NCBI GenBank assembly: GCA_963662795.1
Contig: OY759746.1
Coordinates: forward strand, 3,744,001 to 3,808,000
Origin: Spirochaetia bacterium
Lineage (GTDB): Bacteria; Spirochaetota; Spirochaetia; CADAEX01
Direction: 5' to 3'
DNA: 64,000 nt
This document shows positions 19,920-29,059 of this stretch, in pieces. The notes under the pieces are model-generated. The model had not been told where the DNA came from. It was given only the letters and a program-made list of their open reading frames with translations, and searched no databases. Position 1 is the stretch's first letter. Each line of letters begins with the position of its first letter. The position numbers and the translations under genes were made by a program.

Positions 19920-20864
19920 TCAGTCTTTTTTATTTTGATACCCAAAATTTACTGTATAATAATCTTTCTTGAACTTTTCACTCCATTTTTCAAACTGATC
20001 AATAACTTGTTTCATGGAGGGTGATAAGTATTTTTTCCGGTGATAGATAAGATAAAAATAACGACAAAGCCCTCCATGAATTGGAATTGCCTTGATGCTT
20101 CCGTTATCAATATATTCTTTAGCCATATATCTGGATAGAATTGATATTCCGACATTATCTTTTACAAGTTCCAGCACCGGTCTTATCATGTCAATTTCTC
20201 CAATAACATTCAACCTTATATTATTTTGTTTTACATAATCATTGATCAATACTCTTGTAGTTGAACCTTCCTCGTGAAGGATCACGTTGTGTTTTTCAAA
20301 ATCATGTGAATGAATAATCACCTTGTCAGCCAGTTCATGATCAGGAGAACACATTAATGAAAGAGAATCCATCAGAAGGGTTTTTGCAATCAAATTCGAA
20401 TGTCTGGGATCTTTTCCAACAATTCCCATATCTGTTTCAAGATTTGCCACTTTTTTAATTATTTCGTCTGATTTAGCTGTAAGAAGTGAGATATAGATAG
20501 CTGGAAACTGCTTATTGATATTCATAAATATTTTGCTAAAATAATATTCTGTTACAGGCGATGTGGCATGGATATTGATTACTTCATTATAAGCTTGTTT
20601 GTTGCCAATTATCAGCTCCTCAACATCCTTAATTTGTAAAAACAGCTTTTCACACTGAAAATACAACGTTTTTCCGAAAGGTGTAAGATATATTTGTTTA
20701 CCGATAATTTCGACAACCCTGACACCGCATGATTTCTGGAAGTTTTTTAATTGAAGACTTACTGCAGATTGACTGATATTAAGCGCATTTGCAGCTTTTG
20801 TTATTGATAGATGTTTGCCAATATAGTAGAAAAGTTTCAAATGATGAATATTAATGTCCAACAT
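19920..20864 (-). CDS. LysR-family transcriptional regulator (paralogue of the adjacent LysR)
   Basis: 'HLKLFY...SITKAANALNISQSAVSLQLK'; colinear similarity with 18988-19917. Confidence 0.95.
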   Translation of the reverse strand: MLDINIHHLKLFYYIGKHLSITKAANALNISQSAVSLQLKNFQKSCGVRVVEIIGKQIYLTPFGKTLYFQCEKLFLQIKDVEELIIGNKQAYNEVINIHATSPVTEYYFSKIFMNINKQFPAIYISLLTAKSDEIIKKVANLETDMGIVGKDPRHSNLIAKTLLMDSLSLMCSPDHELADKVIIHSHDFEKHNVILHEEGSTTRVLINDYVKQNNIRLNVIGEIDMIRPVLELVKDNVGISILSRYMAKEYIDNGSIKAIPIHGGLCRYFYLIYHRKKYLSPSMKQVIDQFEKWSEKFKKDYYTVNFGYQNKKD

Positions 20865-21074
20865 CTATTTCCTCCATAATAAAATGAATATAATAATTGA
20901 TAACTTTTTATGATAATCAAGAATATAATTTTTTATATTTTTATAGATAAATGAAATAAAGTTTTAAATACTTAGGATATCATACAAAGATAATTACTTC
21001 AAACACTTCCTTGATATGAATTTTAAAATACTATACGTATTCCGGACTGTAATGATTGACACCTAATTTCATAC

Positions 21075-21496
21075 GTTTAATTAAAACTGTGTAAATGCAG
21101 TATTCTAAATAGTCTTAAAAAGGCAAAAGATAAAGACTGTGCAGTATTATGATGAATAAAGAACGTTTAGAAGAATTGGACGCAGAGCTGAGAAAAGGGG
21201 TCAAGAGTGAATCAGATTTGGCAAACCCTTTAGGGTCGCTGATAAAATTAGCAATTGAGAAAGCACTTAATGCTGAATTAGATAACCATTTAGGTTATGA
21301 AAAGCATTCAAGCCAGGGCCGTAACAAACTGAAGAGCCGTAATGGCCGTACAGGCAAAAAAGTAATAACTGATTCCGGAGAACTTGAAATAGGAACACCA
21401 CGGAATCGGGATCGTGACTTTGAACCGCAAATCATTCACAAAGATCAGCGCAGATTTTTTTCTACCATTATTTCTAGCAGCTATAATTTATTATGA
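21075..21496 (+). pseudogene. Truncated IS256-family transposase with a possible eroded left end
   Basis: 'IEKALNAELDNHLGYEK...SRNG...KKVITDSGELEIGTPRNRDRDFEPQIIHKDQRR' is the IS256 N-terminus. Similarity stops at about aa 104, before the DDE domain. Upstream 'aaaactgtgtaaa' (about 21083-21095) resembles IS256 ends. Confidence 0.88.
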
Positions 21497-21549
21497 ATAA
21501 AATTAAGGGATATTAAAATTAATTCTTTATAATGTAAGGATTTATAAAT

Positions 21550-21620
21550 AGCGAGCGAAGGGAATCGAACCCTCGGCACAAGCTTGGGAAGCTTGGGTAT
21601 TACCATTATACGACGCTCGC
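21550..21620 (-). tRNA. tRNA-Gly (anticodon CCC), CCA not encoded
   Basis: GCGAGCGTCGTATAATGGTAATACCCAAGCTTCCCAAGCTTGTGCCGAGGGTTCGATTCCCTTCGCTCGCT: acceptor stem, CAAGC/GCTTG anticodon stem and GTTCGA T-loop. Confidence 0.97.
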
Positions 21621-21703
21621 AGAAAAATCAGCAAAAGCAACTGTTCCAGTTACCTTTACCATAGATTAAACCATAATATCAGAAACAGGGCTATACTATC
21701 ACA

Positions 21704-22732
21704 TTACTTTTTTATTGTAAAATAAATTAATTCCTTGTCAACCGCTGTAATCACAAGGGAAGTTCCTTCTTCTTCAAAATAGGGAATTGCAATTACTCCA
21801 CCCTTGTGCTTCATGCTGAATACTTCACTCCTCTCCCCTTCCGGAGTAATTTTTTCAAGTTTTAAAACTACAGATACAGGATATTCAGGGAGTGTTTTTT
21901 CAAGTATGCCGAATATCCTCCTTTCAGATTTTTCAGGAGGTGTTATTACAAACTGCATGATTGTTCCAAGGGGAACATGCACACCGCTCTGCGGTTTCTG
22001 CTGGACAACAGTCCCTTTTACTTCATTTTTTTTTGCTTCCCTCTGGGTGAAAAGAAACGGTATGTTGAATTCTGCAGCTTTTTTCATGGCGCTCATAAAA
22101 TCAAGAGAAGTAAACATCGGGGCTTCATAAGTCTGCCCCTCAGGGCCGCGGCTGACAACCAGGCTGAGTTCTGTGAGGCCGGCCAGGTCTGTGCCGGGAA
22201 GCGGCTTCTGCTCAAGTATTGTCCCCTCCGGTTTGCTGCTGTAAATTCTCATCACAGGTTCTTTTATTTTCAGCAGCGGCCCGTAGGTATTGAAAAGTGT
22301 TTTAAGATGGGTTTCAAGATCATTCAAATGCCATCCTGTATAATTCTCAACCTTGTCAATGATGGAACCTTTGCTTACCCTCATCACTATCTGGCTTCCG
22401 GCTTTTCTTATTGTTCCGGGATTGGGATCCTGCTCTATTACATTACCCTTATCTGCAGGATCAGAAGAGTATTTCAACTGAATCCGGCTGTTAAGTCCCC
22501 TGTCCTGAAGCGCAATGAGTGCTTCCTCAAGCTTCATTCCTGAAACATCGGGAACCATGACCTCTTCCGCCCCTTTAAGAACAATCATGAAAGCAAGAGA
22601 TGATGAGATTATCATGAATAAAAGGATACCGGTAATAACATATATCATAATCTTGAAAAATCTCGTGTTCTGATCGTCAGTTCTGTCTGGCAGTATCCTT
22701 TTTAATTTTTCAAGCCAATTGAGCATATTCAT
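21704..22732 (-). CDS. Membrane-anchored PASTA-repeat protein (about 3 PASTA domains, no kinase)
   Basis: TM helix, then repeats 'VPDVSGM...GNVIEQDP.PG', 'GTILEQKP.PG' and 'GTVVQQKP.SG'; follows fmt as in other spirochaetes. Confidence 0.9.
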   Translation of the reverse strand: MNMLNWLEKLKRILPDRTDDQNTRFFKIMIYVITGILLFMIISSSLAFMIVLKGAEEVMVPDVSGMKLEEALIALQDRGLNSRIQLKYSSDPADKGNVIEQDPNPGTIRKAGSQIVMRVSKGSIIDKVENYTGWHLNDLETHLKTLFNTYGPLLKIKEPVMRIYSSKPEGTILEQKPLPGTDLAGLTELSLVVSRGPEGQTYEAPMFTSLDFMSAMKKAAEFNIPFLFTQREAKKNEVKGTVVQQKPQSGVHVPLGTIMQFVITPPEKSERRIFGILEKTLPEYPVSVVLKLEKITPEGERSEVFSMKHKGGVIAIPYFEEEGTSLVITAVDKELIYFTIKK

Positions 22733-22755
22733 CTCCAGTATCTTAACGGTTTTAT

Positions 22756-23709
22756 TTATTCCTGAAGCCCGGCGAGCCTTGATCCGGAAAAATCCCTTGC
22801 GCCGTTTAAAAAAGATTTAAAATCCATATTATTTTTGGACTGAGGCTTCAATTCAGTTACAGCAAGAAATCCTTCTCCTGTTTTTATCAGAATTCCATCT
22901 TTCCTGTCTATACCTGCGACAGTGCCTGGAGGAATATCCGAAGATCCCGTATCCAAAGCATTTATTGGTACATGACATTTTGTTATTGCAATCAGTTTCC
23001 CGTTCCAGTATGTAAAGATACCGGGCCAGGGATGATAAGCCCTTGATTTTCTTTCTATCATTACCGCGCTTTCACTCCAGTCGATAAGCCCGTCATTTTT
23101 TTCTACAAGCCGGCAGTATGTCGCACAGCTTTCATCCTGAGGGGAAGAGGTATAATTGCCTGATACAATATCTGCAAGCAGTTTTAAAATCATTTCAGCA
23201 CTTTTGACAGAGACTGTTTCTGAAAGCGACTCAAGCGTTTCATCACCTCTTAAGGGCAGGGTTATCTGAGCGAGAATATCTCCGCTGTCCATTTTCAGGG
23301 CCATTCTCTGAATTGTTATGCCGGTTTTACTCACGCCTGATAAAATAACCGCATTAAGCGGTGACGGCCCCCGGTAGAGGGGAAGGAGGGACGGATGAAT
23401 ATTAAGGACTTCCCTGCCAAAAAGAGAGAGGAAATCCTTTTTAAATATTTTTCCGTAGGCGAAAGTAACGAGGACATCAGGGGAAAGAGCCCTGACAGAA
23501 TCAATAAAATCACTGTCAGGTTTTTCCGGCTGAAAAACGGTAAGTCCCAGTGAAAGGGCTTTTTCTTTAACGGGGGATTGTTTTAAAAGGCCTTTTCTTC
23601 CTGCAGGACGGTCAGGATTTGTAAGCACCCCGCACACTTCGTATCTGCCGGCAATAGCTTCCAGTGACTTTACAGCAATTTCAGGTGTACCTGCAAAGAA
23701 TATTTTCAT
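22756..23709 (-). CDS. fmt: Methionyl-tRNA formyltransferase
   Basis: FAGTPE, TNPDRPAGR, NIHPSLLPLYRG and MDSGDI. Confidence 0.97.
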   Translation of the reverse strand: MKIFFAGTPEIAVKSLEAIAGRYEVCGVLTNPDRPAGRKGLLKQSPVKEKALSLGLTVFQPEKPDSDFIDSVRALSPDVLVTFAYGKIFKKDFLSLFGREVLNIHPSLLPLYRGPSPLNAVILSGVSKTGITIQRMALKMDSGDILAQITLPLRGDETLESLSETVSVKSAEMILKLLADIVSGNYTSSPQDESCATYCRLVEKNDGLIDWSESAVMIERKSRAYHPWPGIFTYWNGKLIAITKCHVPINALDTGSSDIPPGTVAGIDRKDGILIKTGEGFLAVTELKPQSKNNMDFKSFLNGARDFSGSRLAGLQE

Positions 23710-24197
23710 TATTCCCTTGTTTTTTTGTTATAGAGGGCAAGCAGCCTCTCACGCTGTTTTTCATTCAGCCGGTCGGGAAAAAGTATACCGTTTAAATGGT
23801 CAAATTCATGCTGAATTACCCTGGCAAGGACATCATCTGCATCAAGACGGAATACCCTGCCATCAAGACCCCAGGCCTGTATCGTCACAGCGGATGGCCG
23901 AGATACATTTGCCCACACACCAGGAATACTAAGGCACCCCTCTTCATAAAGTTCCATCTCCTGTGATGTCTGTATAATATCAGGATTTATAAAAACCCTG
24001 ACCATATCTCCCGGCGCCCTGGTAATAAAAAGTCTTTTTTTTACCGCAACCTGGGGAGCGGCAAGGCCTATTCCGCTCTTTTTATCAAGTGTCTCTATCA
24101 TTTCATCTACAAGCGTCTTTATGTCGCCGTTAATGTCTGCGACAAGCGCCGCTTTTTCTGTCAATATTTCATTTCCGATTGTAATTACATCAAGCAT
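23709..24197 (-). CDS. def: Peptide deformylase
   Basis: GIGLAAPQV, EGCLSIPG and QHEFDHLNG. Confidence 0.98.
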   Translation of the reverse strand: MLDVITIGNEILTEKAALVADINGDIKTLVDEMIETLDKKSGIGLAAPQVAVKKRLFITRAPGDMVRVFINPDIIQTSQEMELYEEGCLSIPGVWANVSRPSAVTIQAWGLDGRVFRLDADDVLARVIQHEFDHLNGILFPDRLNEKQRERLLALYNKKTRE

Positions 24198-24280
24198 CAG
24201 TATAACCTTTTCTTAATTAAGAACATGTAAATTTCCGTCTATAGAATTGTCTTAATGCAGAAAAAACGAATTCTTATCTT

Positions 24281-24309
24281 AGATTAATAAAACTGAAAGT
24301 CATTGTCAA
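24281..24309 (-). promoter_or_regulatory. sigma70-type promoter for def-fmt
   Basis: Minus strand TTGACA, 17 nt spacer, TAATCT. Confidence 0.6.
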
Positions 24310-24337
24310 TAAAAAACCTGTTTTCTGCTTTAGATTG

Positions 24338-26362
24338 CTACATAAGTGAAACAGGATCCACATCTATCTCCATGTAAACTCCGCCGCTGAGCTTTATTCT
24401 TTCCGTTGAAAAAAGAACGCTGCTGCGGGCAAAATGAAATTCAGGCGATAAAACAAGAATGTGATATCTGTAGTTGCCGGCAAGGAGCGAAACAGGACAC
24501 TCCGCAGGGCCAAGGATCCTTATATCGGGCAGAGGTGAATTGCCGGTACTTACAGATCTCTCTCTTAGTGATTTTAAATAGAATAAAAGCAGCTGTGAGA
24601 AATCATCTGCGGAACCGGACGCCTTTTTTCTGTCTTTAGCCCTGAAAACTACCCTGATTACTCTTGTAAAAGGGGGAAATCCCATCATTTTCCTGTTTTC
24701 TATCTCGGCTTTATAGAATTCCCCTACTCTCCTTTCAGCAGCAAACTTTATCGCGTAATTAGACGGCCTGTATGTCTGGATCATCACCTTCCCGTCTGCG
24801 GAAAACCGGCCTGTCCTTCCCGCTACCTGAGTAATCAGGGAAAAGGTTCTTTCCGCCGATCTGAAATCGGGCAGCTGGAGAGATGTATCTGCCATAATAA
24901 TACCAATCAGTTTTACGCCGGGAAAATTAAGCCCTTTTGCTATTATCTGGGTGCCGAGAAGGATATCTATTTCTCCTTTTTTGAATCTGCTGAAAATATC
25001 TTTCAAGTCGCCGCTTTTTTTTATGCTGTCGCTGTCAAGCCGTTCCACCGTCAGATAGGGAAACAGTGCGTTGATATCGGATTCTATCTTTTCAGTCCCG
25101 AAACCTGAGTATCCTACCTCAGGCGATCCGCATGAAGGACATGTCTTTGAAGGTTTTTCCGAATAGCCGCAGTAATGGCAGATAAGCCGCTCCTGTTCCC
25201 TGTGATAGGTAAGAGCGACGGAACACTGCCTGCATTTAAGCTCATAACCGCAATTGAGACAGTGGTAGTAATAAAAAAATCCCCTTCTGTTAAGAAAGAG
25301 AATGACCTGTCCTTTTTTTGCTGTTGTATCTCTTATCTCCTGCGCAAGCTGATTCGATATGGAACTTTTTTCCCGGTTCATGTCGATAATCTGCACCGGG
25401 GCAAAGCTTCCGCCTGCCGCAGCTTCGGTAAGCTGGAGTTTTTCAAGTTTTCCATTCATCATCAGATGCCAGGCTTCAACTGACGGAGTTGCACTTCCCA
25501 TAATAAGCTTACCGCCTGATAGTGATATCCTGTGCATTGCTACCTGCCGCGCATGGTAGCGTGGATTTGATCCTGCCTTGTAGGTCCCTTCATGCTCCTC
25601 ATCTATGATGATAAGTGCCGGGTCCCTGACTGGTGCAAATACAGCGCTTCTTGCGCCAAGGACGACCTTTGCCTCGCCGCTCTGTATCCTTCTCCACTGC
25701 GACAGTTTCTGTGAAGGGGTCAGGCCTGAATGGATAATTGCGATGCTGCCTCCGAACCGCTGAGCTGCAAATTCAGTAAGCTGATGCGTTAGCGCTATTT
25801 CAGGGACAAGATATATTACGCTTTTATTTTCTTTTACAACTTTCTCAGCGATCTGAAGATAGACTTCAGTCTTTCCCGATCCAGTAATTCCGTAAAGGTA
25901 AAAATACTTTTCACTGCTTTCAAGAATTTTATCAACAGCATTCTGCTGTCCTGTGTTAAGCAGCACCCCGGTGTATAAATCATCCTTCCCGTCAATTATT
26001 TCAAAATCCTTTTCCCTCCTGCCTGAGGGAATCATAGAGAAAAGAGCTTCGCCGGGTGAGCATAAATACATCCCGCTTATCCATTTTGAAAGATCATAAA
26101 ACTGATCATCAAAAAGAGGTTCGTCATCAATGATTCTGTCAATTTCCTTGATTTCAAAATCTGTTTCAGGTTTATCCACAAGTATATTGACGATAAACCC
26201 GGTAAGTTTGCGCCGTCCGAATTCAGCTGATATCCTTAAGCCTGTTTTTACTTTACCCGGATCAGTAGAATCCGGTATTGAGTAATAAAATGTAGAGTTA
26301 ATCGGTAAATTAAAAACAGCTTCGATATACATCAGCTTATCCTGAAGATGAATCAGGATCAC
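24338..26362 (-). CDS. priA: Primosomal protein N' (PriA helicase)
   Basis: GITGSGKTEVY, DEEH, SATPS, Zn-finger CxxC pairs and QVAGRTGR. True start probably at the 'MYIEA' Met. Confidence 0.97.
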   Translation of the reverse strand: MILIHLQDKLMYIEAVFNLPINSTFYYSIPDSTDPGKVKTGLRISAEFGRRKLTGFIVNILVDKPETDFEIKEIDRIIDDEPLFDDQFYDLSKWISGMYLCSPGEALFSMIPSGRREKDFEIIDGKDDLYTGVLLNTGQQNAVDKILESSEKYFYLYGITGSGKTEVYLQIAEKVVKENKSVIYLVPEIALTHQLTEFAAQRFGGSIAIIHSGLTPSQKLSQWRRIQSGEAKVVLGARSAVFAPVRDPALIIIDEEHEGTYKAGSNPRYHARQVAMHRISLSGGKLIMGSATPSVEAWHLMMNGKLEKLQLTEAAAGGSFAPVQIIDMNREKSSISNQLAQEIRDTTAKKGQVILFLNRRGFFYYYHCLNCGYELKCRQCSVALTYHREQERLICHYCGYSEKPSKTCPSCGSPEVGYSGFGTEKIESDINALFPYLTVERLDSDSIKKSGDLKDIFSRFKKGEIDILLGTQIIAKGLNFPGVKLIGIIMADTSLQLPDFRSAERTFSLITQVAGRTGRFSADGKVMIQTYRPSNYAIKFAAERRVGEFYKAEIENRKMMGFPPFTRVIRVVFRAKDRKKASGSADDFSQLLLFYLKSLRERSVSTGNSPLPDIRILGPAECPVSLLAGNYRYHILVLSPEFHFARSSVLFSTERIKLSGGVYMEIDVDPVSLM

Positions 26363-27080
26363 TGTCGAGAATTCCCCTGAGAAGCCTTAAGTCGTCCCAC
26401 ACCGGTCTTCTGTATTTTTCCCTGTCACGGAGAACTGCACTTGGATGATATGTTACAACGACAGGTATACCGCTGTAGCTGTAGACTTTGCCCCGGAGCC
26501 TTCCGATTCCTTCTTCCACGCCTGTTATTGACCTGCTTGATATGCGTCCCAGAGTAAGAATAGCTCTGGGCCTGAGTATTTTTATCTGCCTTTCGAGATA
26601 ACTTCTGCATGAGAATATTTCATCAGGCAGGGGGTCCCTGTTTCCCGGGGGCCTGCATTTTACTACATTTCCGATAAAGCAGTCTGATTTCCTGTCAAGC
26701 GCTATCGCTTCAAGCCACTTGTCAAGATACTTTCCTGCAGCGCCCACAAACGGAATCCCTGTCGCATCCTCTTCTGCACCCGGCCCTTCCCCTATAATCA
26801 TTACATCTGGATTAATGGAACCTGCACCCGGGACAGTATTTCTTCTTTCCCTGCAAAGAATACACTTCCTGCAAAGGGAGACTTCAGACGCGATATTTTC
26901 AAGCGTGTCACACTCCGGTGAAGATAAAGAGCCGGCAGTACATGGTTCTGTTCCGGGTCCATCAGCTGAAGCAGAAGGGACATAATCCTCTCTTCCAGGT
27001 CTCCTGAAGCCGTATTTATAGCAGTCTTCAAAATCGCTTAATGTATTCCACAAATCAGATATAATTTTTTTCACAGGCAT
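26337..27080 (-). CDS. Uracil-DNA glycosylase family 4 (Fe-S)
   Basis: CRKCILC, IGEGPGAEED, PFVG.AG, KCRPPGNRDP and TYHPS. Confidence 0.95.
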   Translation of the reverse strand: MPVKKIISDLWNTLSDFEDCYKYGFRRPGREDYVPSASADGPGTEPCTAGSLSSPECDTLENIASEVSLCRKCILCRERRNTVPGAGSINPDVMIIGEGPGAEEDATGIPFVGAAGKYLDKWLEAIALDRKSDCFIGNVVKCRPPGNRDPLPDEIFSCRSYLERQIKILRPRAILTLGRISSRSITGVEEGIGRLRGKVYSYSGIPVVVTYHPSAVLRDREKYRRPVWDDLRLLRGILDSDPDSSSG

Positions 27081-27856
27081 GTGTCCCCTGTATAATGGAC
27101 TGAGTCAAGAAAAAGGCCGTAGGCCGGCGCAGTAGTACCTGCTTTTGATCTGTCTTGCGATTTCAGTATCTCCCTGAAATCCTCAGGGGTGCCGCCGCTG
27201 GTATAAAGATGAATAATTGTTCCGGTAATGGACCTTACCATTTTCCTTAAAAACCCGCTGCCTGCTATTTTATAAACAATAAACGGATATTCAGGATAAA
27301 ATACAGAGCTGAAGATTTCCCTTACCATTGAGACATGTTCCTCCATCGGGGATGAGAATGATGTAAAATCATGAATCCCTTCGATAATTGACGCATAGCT
27401 GTTAAGAGCATTTATATCAAGGGGTTTATTAACATACATTGCAATGCTCCTTTCCCACGGGGTCATGGGCATTTTATCTCCAAGATAGTATTTATACACC
27501 CTTTTGACAGCATCATATCTGGAATTGAATGAAGGAGATTCTTCCCTGCTTTCAAGTATTCGTATATCGTCCGGCAGAAGACTGTTAAGCGCAAGTGAAA
27601 ATTTCCCGGAAGGAATGGAATCAAGCTGTGTCCTGAAATTTGCCACCTGTGCCCTTGCGTGAACACCGGAATCCGTTCTTCCTGCCCCGGTTATCTTTAT
27701 ATCGCTCTTATGGATAATGGAAAGGGCTTTTTCTATCTCTCCCTGTACCGTCTTATCGTTTTTCTGTATCTGCCAGCCGGCGTAATTTTTGCCATAATAG
27801 GCTATAGTGAGTTTTATATTGCGGAAAACATCAGTCATCAGTTTCTTTAAGTTCAA
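27071..27856 (-). CDS. truA: tRNA pseudouridine(38-40) synthase
   Basis: GWQIQ, AGRTDSGVHA, HDFTSF and GFLRKMVR. Confidence 0.97.
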   Translation of the reverse strand: MNLKKLMTDVFRNIKLTIAYYGKNYAGWQIQKNDKTVQGEIEKALSIIHKSDIKITGAGRTDSGVHARAQVANFRTQLDSIPSGKFSLALNSLLPDDIRILESREESPSFNSRYDAVKRVYKYYLGDKMPMTPWERSIAMYVNKPLDINALNSYASIIEGIHDFTSFSSPMEEHVSMVREIFSSVFYPEYPFIVYKIAGSGFLRKMVRSITGTIIHLYTSGGTPEDFREILKSQDRSKAGTTAPAYGLFLDSVHYTGDTCL

Positions 27857-28685
27857 CCTTTATTTTTTCATAAAGCGATTTCGCGTTATCGAGAATTGCG
27901 GCAGGCTTGTTTTTTGATGCTTTGCCCATTCCGAAAATCCTTGCAACTATCCTTTTTGCGTCGGCCAGCGATGCATTGCGCTTTATTTCATCATCTTTGG
28001 GAGCAAATTTATGCTGCAGATATGCTCCCATATAAAGAACGCCGTCATATCCGTAATTCTTGTCAAGATCGGGGCCCAGTGTCCTTGCTCCCCCTATCCC
28101 TTCAGACCCGTCCTGTTCGCCCTGTATGGCTTTGATATAATAAAACCTGGCCTTTCTGTAAAAAACTGTAGCAAGGTAATCATAATTTTCATCAGGATAT
28201 TTGGCATGGAGATCATTGCAGATCCACGCGGCACGCAGGCTGTAGATTCCCCCTTTGATGGACGGGCTCATATCCCTGGGGAATACTTCAAGGGCGCTTA
28301 AGGCCAGATAATATGAACAGACCCCTTCTATCAGGGTCCTTGGAGATTTAAAATCAACCTGGGGAAATACTTCACCGAGAGAGATCAGTCTTTCTTCTGC
28401 TTTGGATTTAAGAAGTTTTGCATGCTGTTCCTTTATTTCGGTAAAATCACCCGGAGAAGAGGCAAATAAACAGGCCGGGCACACAACAATATAATAAATA
28501 AGGGGATTTACCTCTCCGTACTTCTTGGAAGGGATGTAAAGACGCCTCAGCTCTTCTGTTAGCTCTCCGGCATTCAGCCTGCCGCTTCCTGTCATCATCT
28601 CTTCTTTATTGAATTTTTCACCGCAGACCGGACAGATAGTCTCAGTTTTGGCGAAAAATGTTACAGTCTGCCTGTTTTCGCTCAT
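27831..28685 (-). CDS. DUF2225-family protein (Zn-ribbon plus helical repeat)
   Basis: CPVC...CPAC and 'LRAAW'; conserved spirochaete position between acpS and truA. Confidence 0.8.
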   Translation of the reverse strand: MSENRQTVTFFAKTETICPVCGEKFNKEEMMTGSGRLNAGELTEELRRLYIPSKKYGEVNPLIYYIVVCPACLFASSPGDFTEIKEQHAKLLKSKAEERLISLGEVFPQVDFKSPRTLIEGVCSYYLALSALEVFPRDMSPSIKGGIYSLRAAWICNDLHAKYPDENYDYLATVFYRKARFYYIKAIQGEQDGSEGIGGARTLGPDLDKNYGYDGVLYMGAYLQHKFAPKDDEIKRNASLADAKRIVARIFGMGKASKNKPAAILDNAKSLYEKIKVELKETDD

Positions 28686-28687
28686 AA

Positions 28688-29059
28688 TCAGCTCTCAATA
28701 ACAACAACAGCAACCGCGTTGTCTGTTTCGTGTGTAAGGGAAAGATGTATACTTCTGCCTCCCGATCTTTCATAGGCAGCTTTTGCCTTGCCGTATAAAA
28801 TAATACCCGGTTTTCCGTTTACATTGTTTTCCACCTGAATCTCCTTTAGGGAAATCCCCATCAGACCTGTTCCAAGCGCTTTCCCGAATGCTTCTTTTGC
28901 CGCGAATCTTGCCGCAAGCGCCATGGCAAAGGAAGCGCCCCTTGAATTGGCAGCTTCAATCTCTTTTTCATGGAAATACCTTTTCATCAGCAGAGGCCTT
29001 ACTATCCATCGTTTCATTCGGTCAATTCTTACTATATCTATTCCAATACCGCGGATCAT
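28688..29059 (-). CDS. acpS: Holo-[ACP] synthase
   Basis: GIGIDIV, ARFAAKEAFGKALGTG, GKP and LSLTHE. Confidence 0.97.
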   Translation of the reverse strand: MIRGIGIDIVRIDRMKRWIVRPLLMKRYFHEKEIEAANSRGASFAMALAARFAAKEAFGKALGTGLMGISLKEIQVENNVNGKPGIILYGKAKAAYERSGGRSIHLSLTHETDNAVAVVVIES

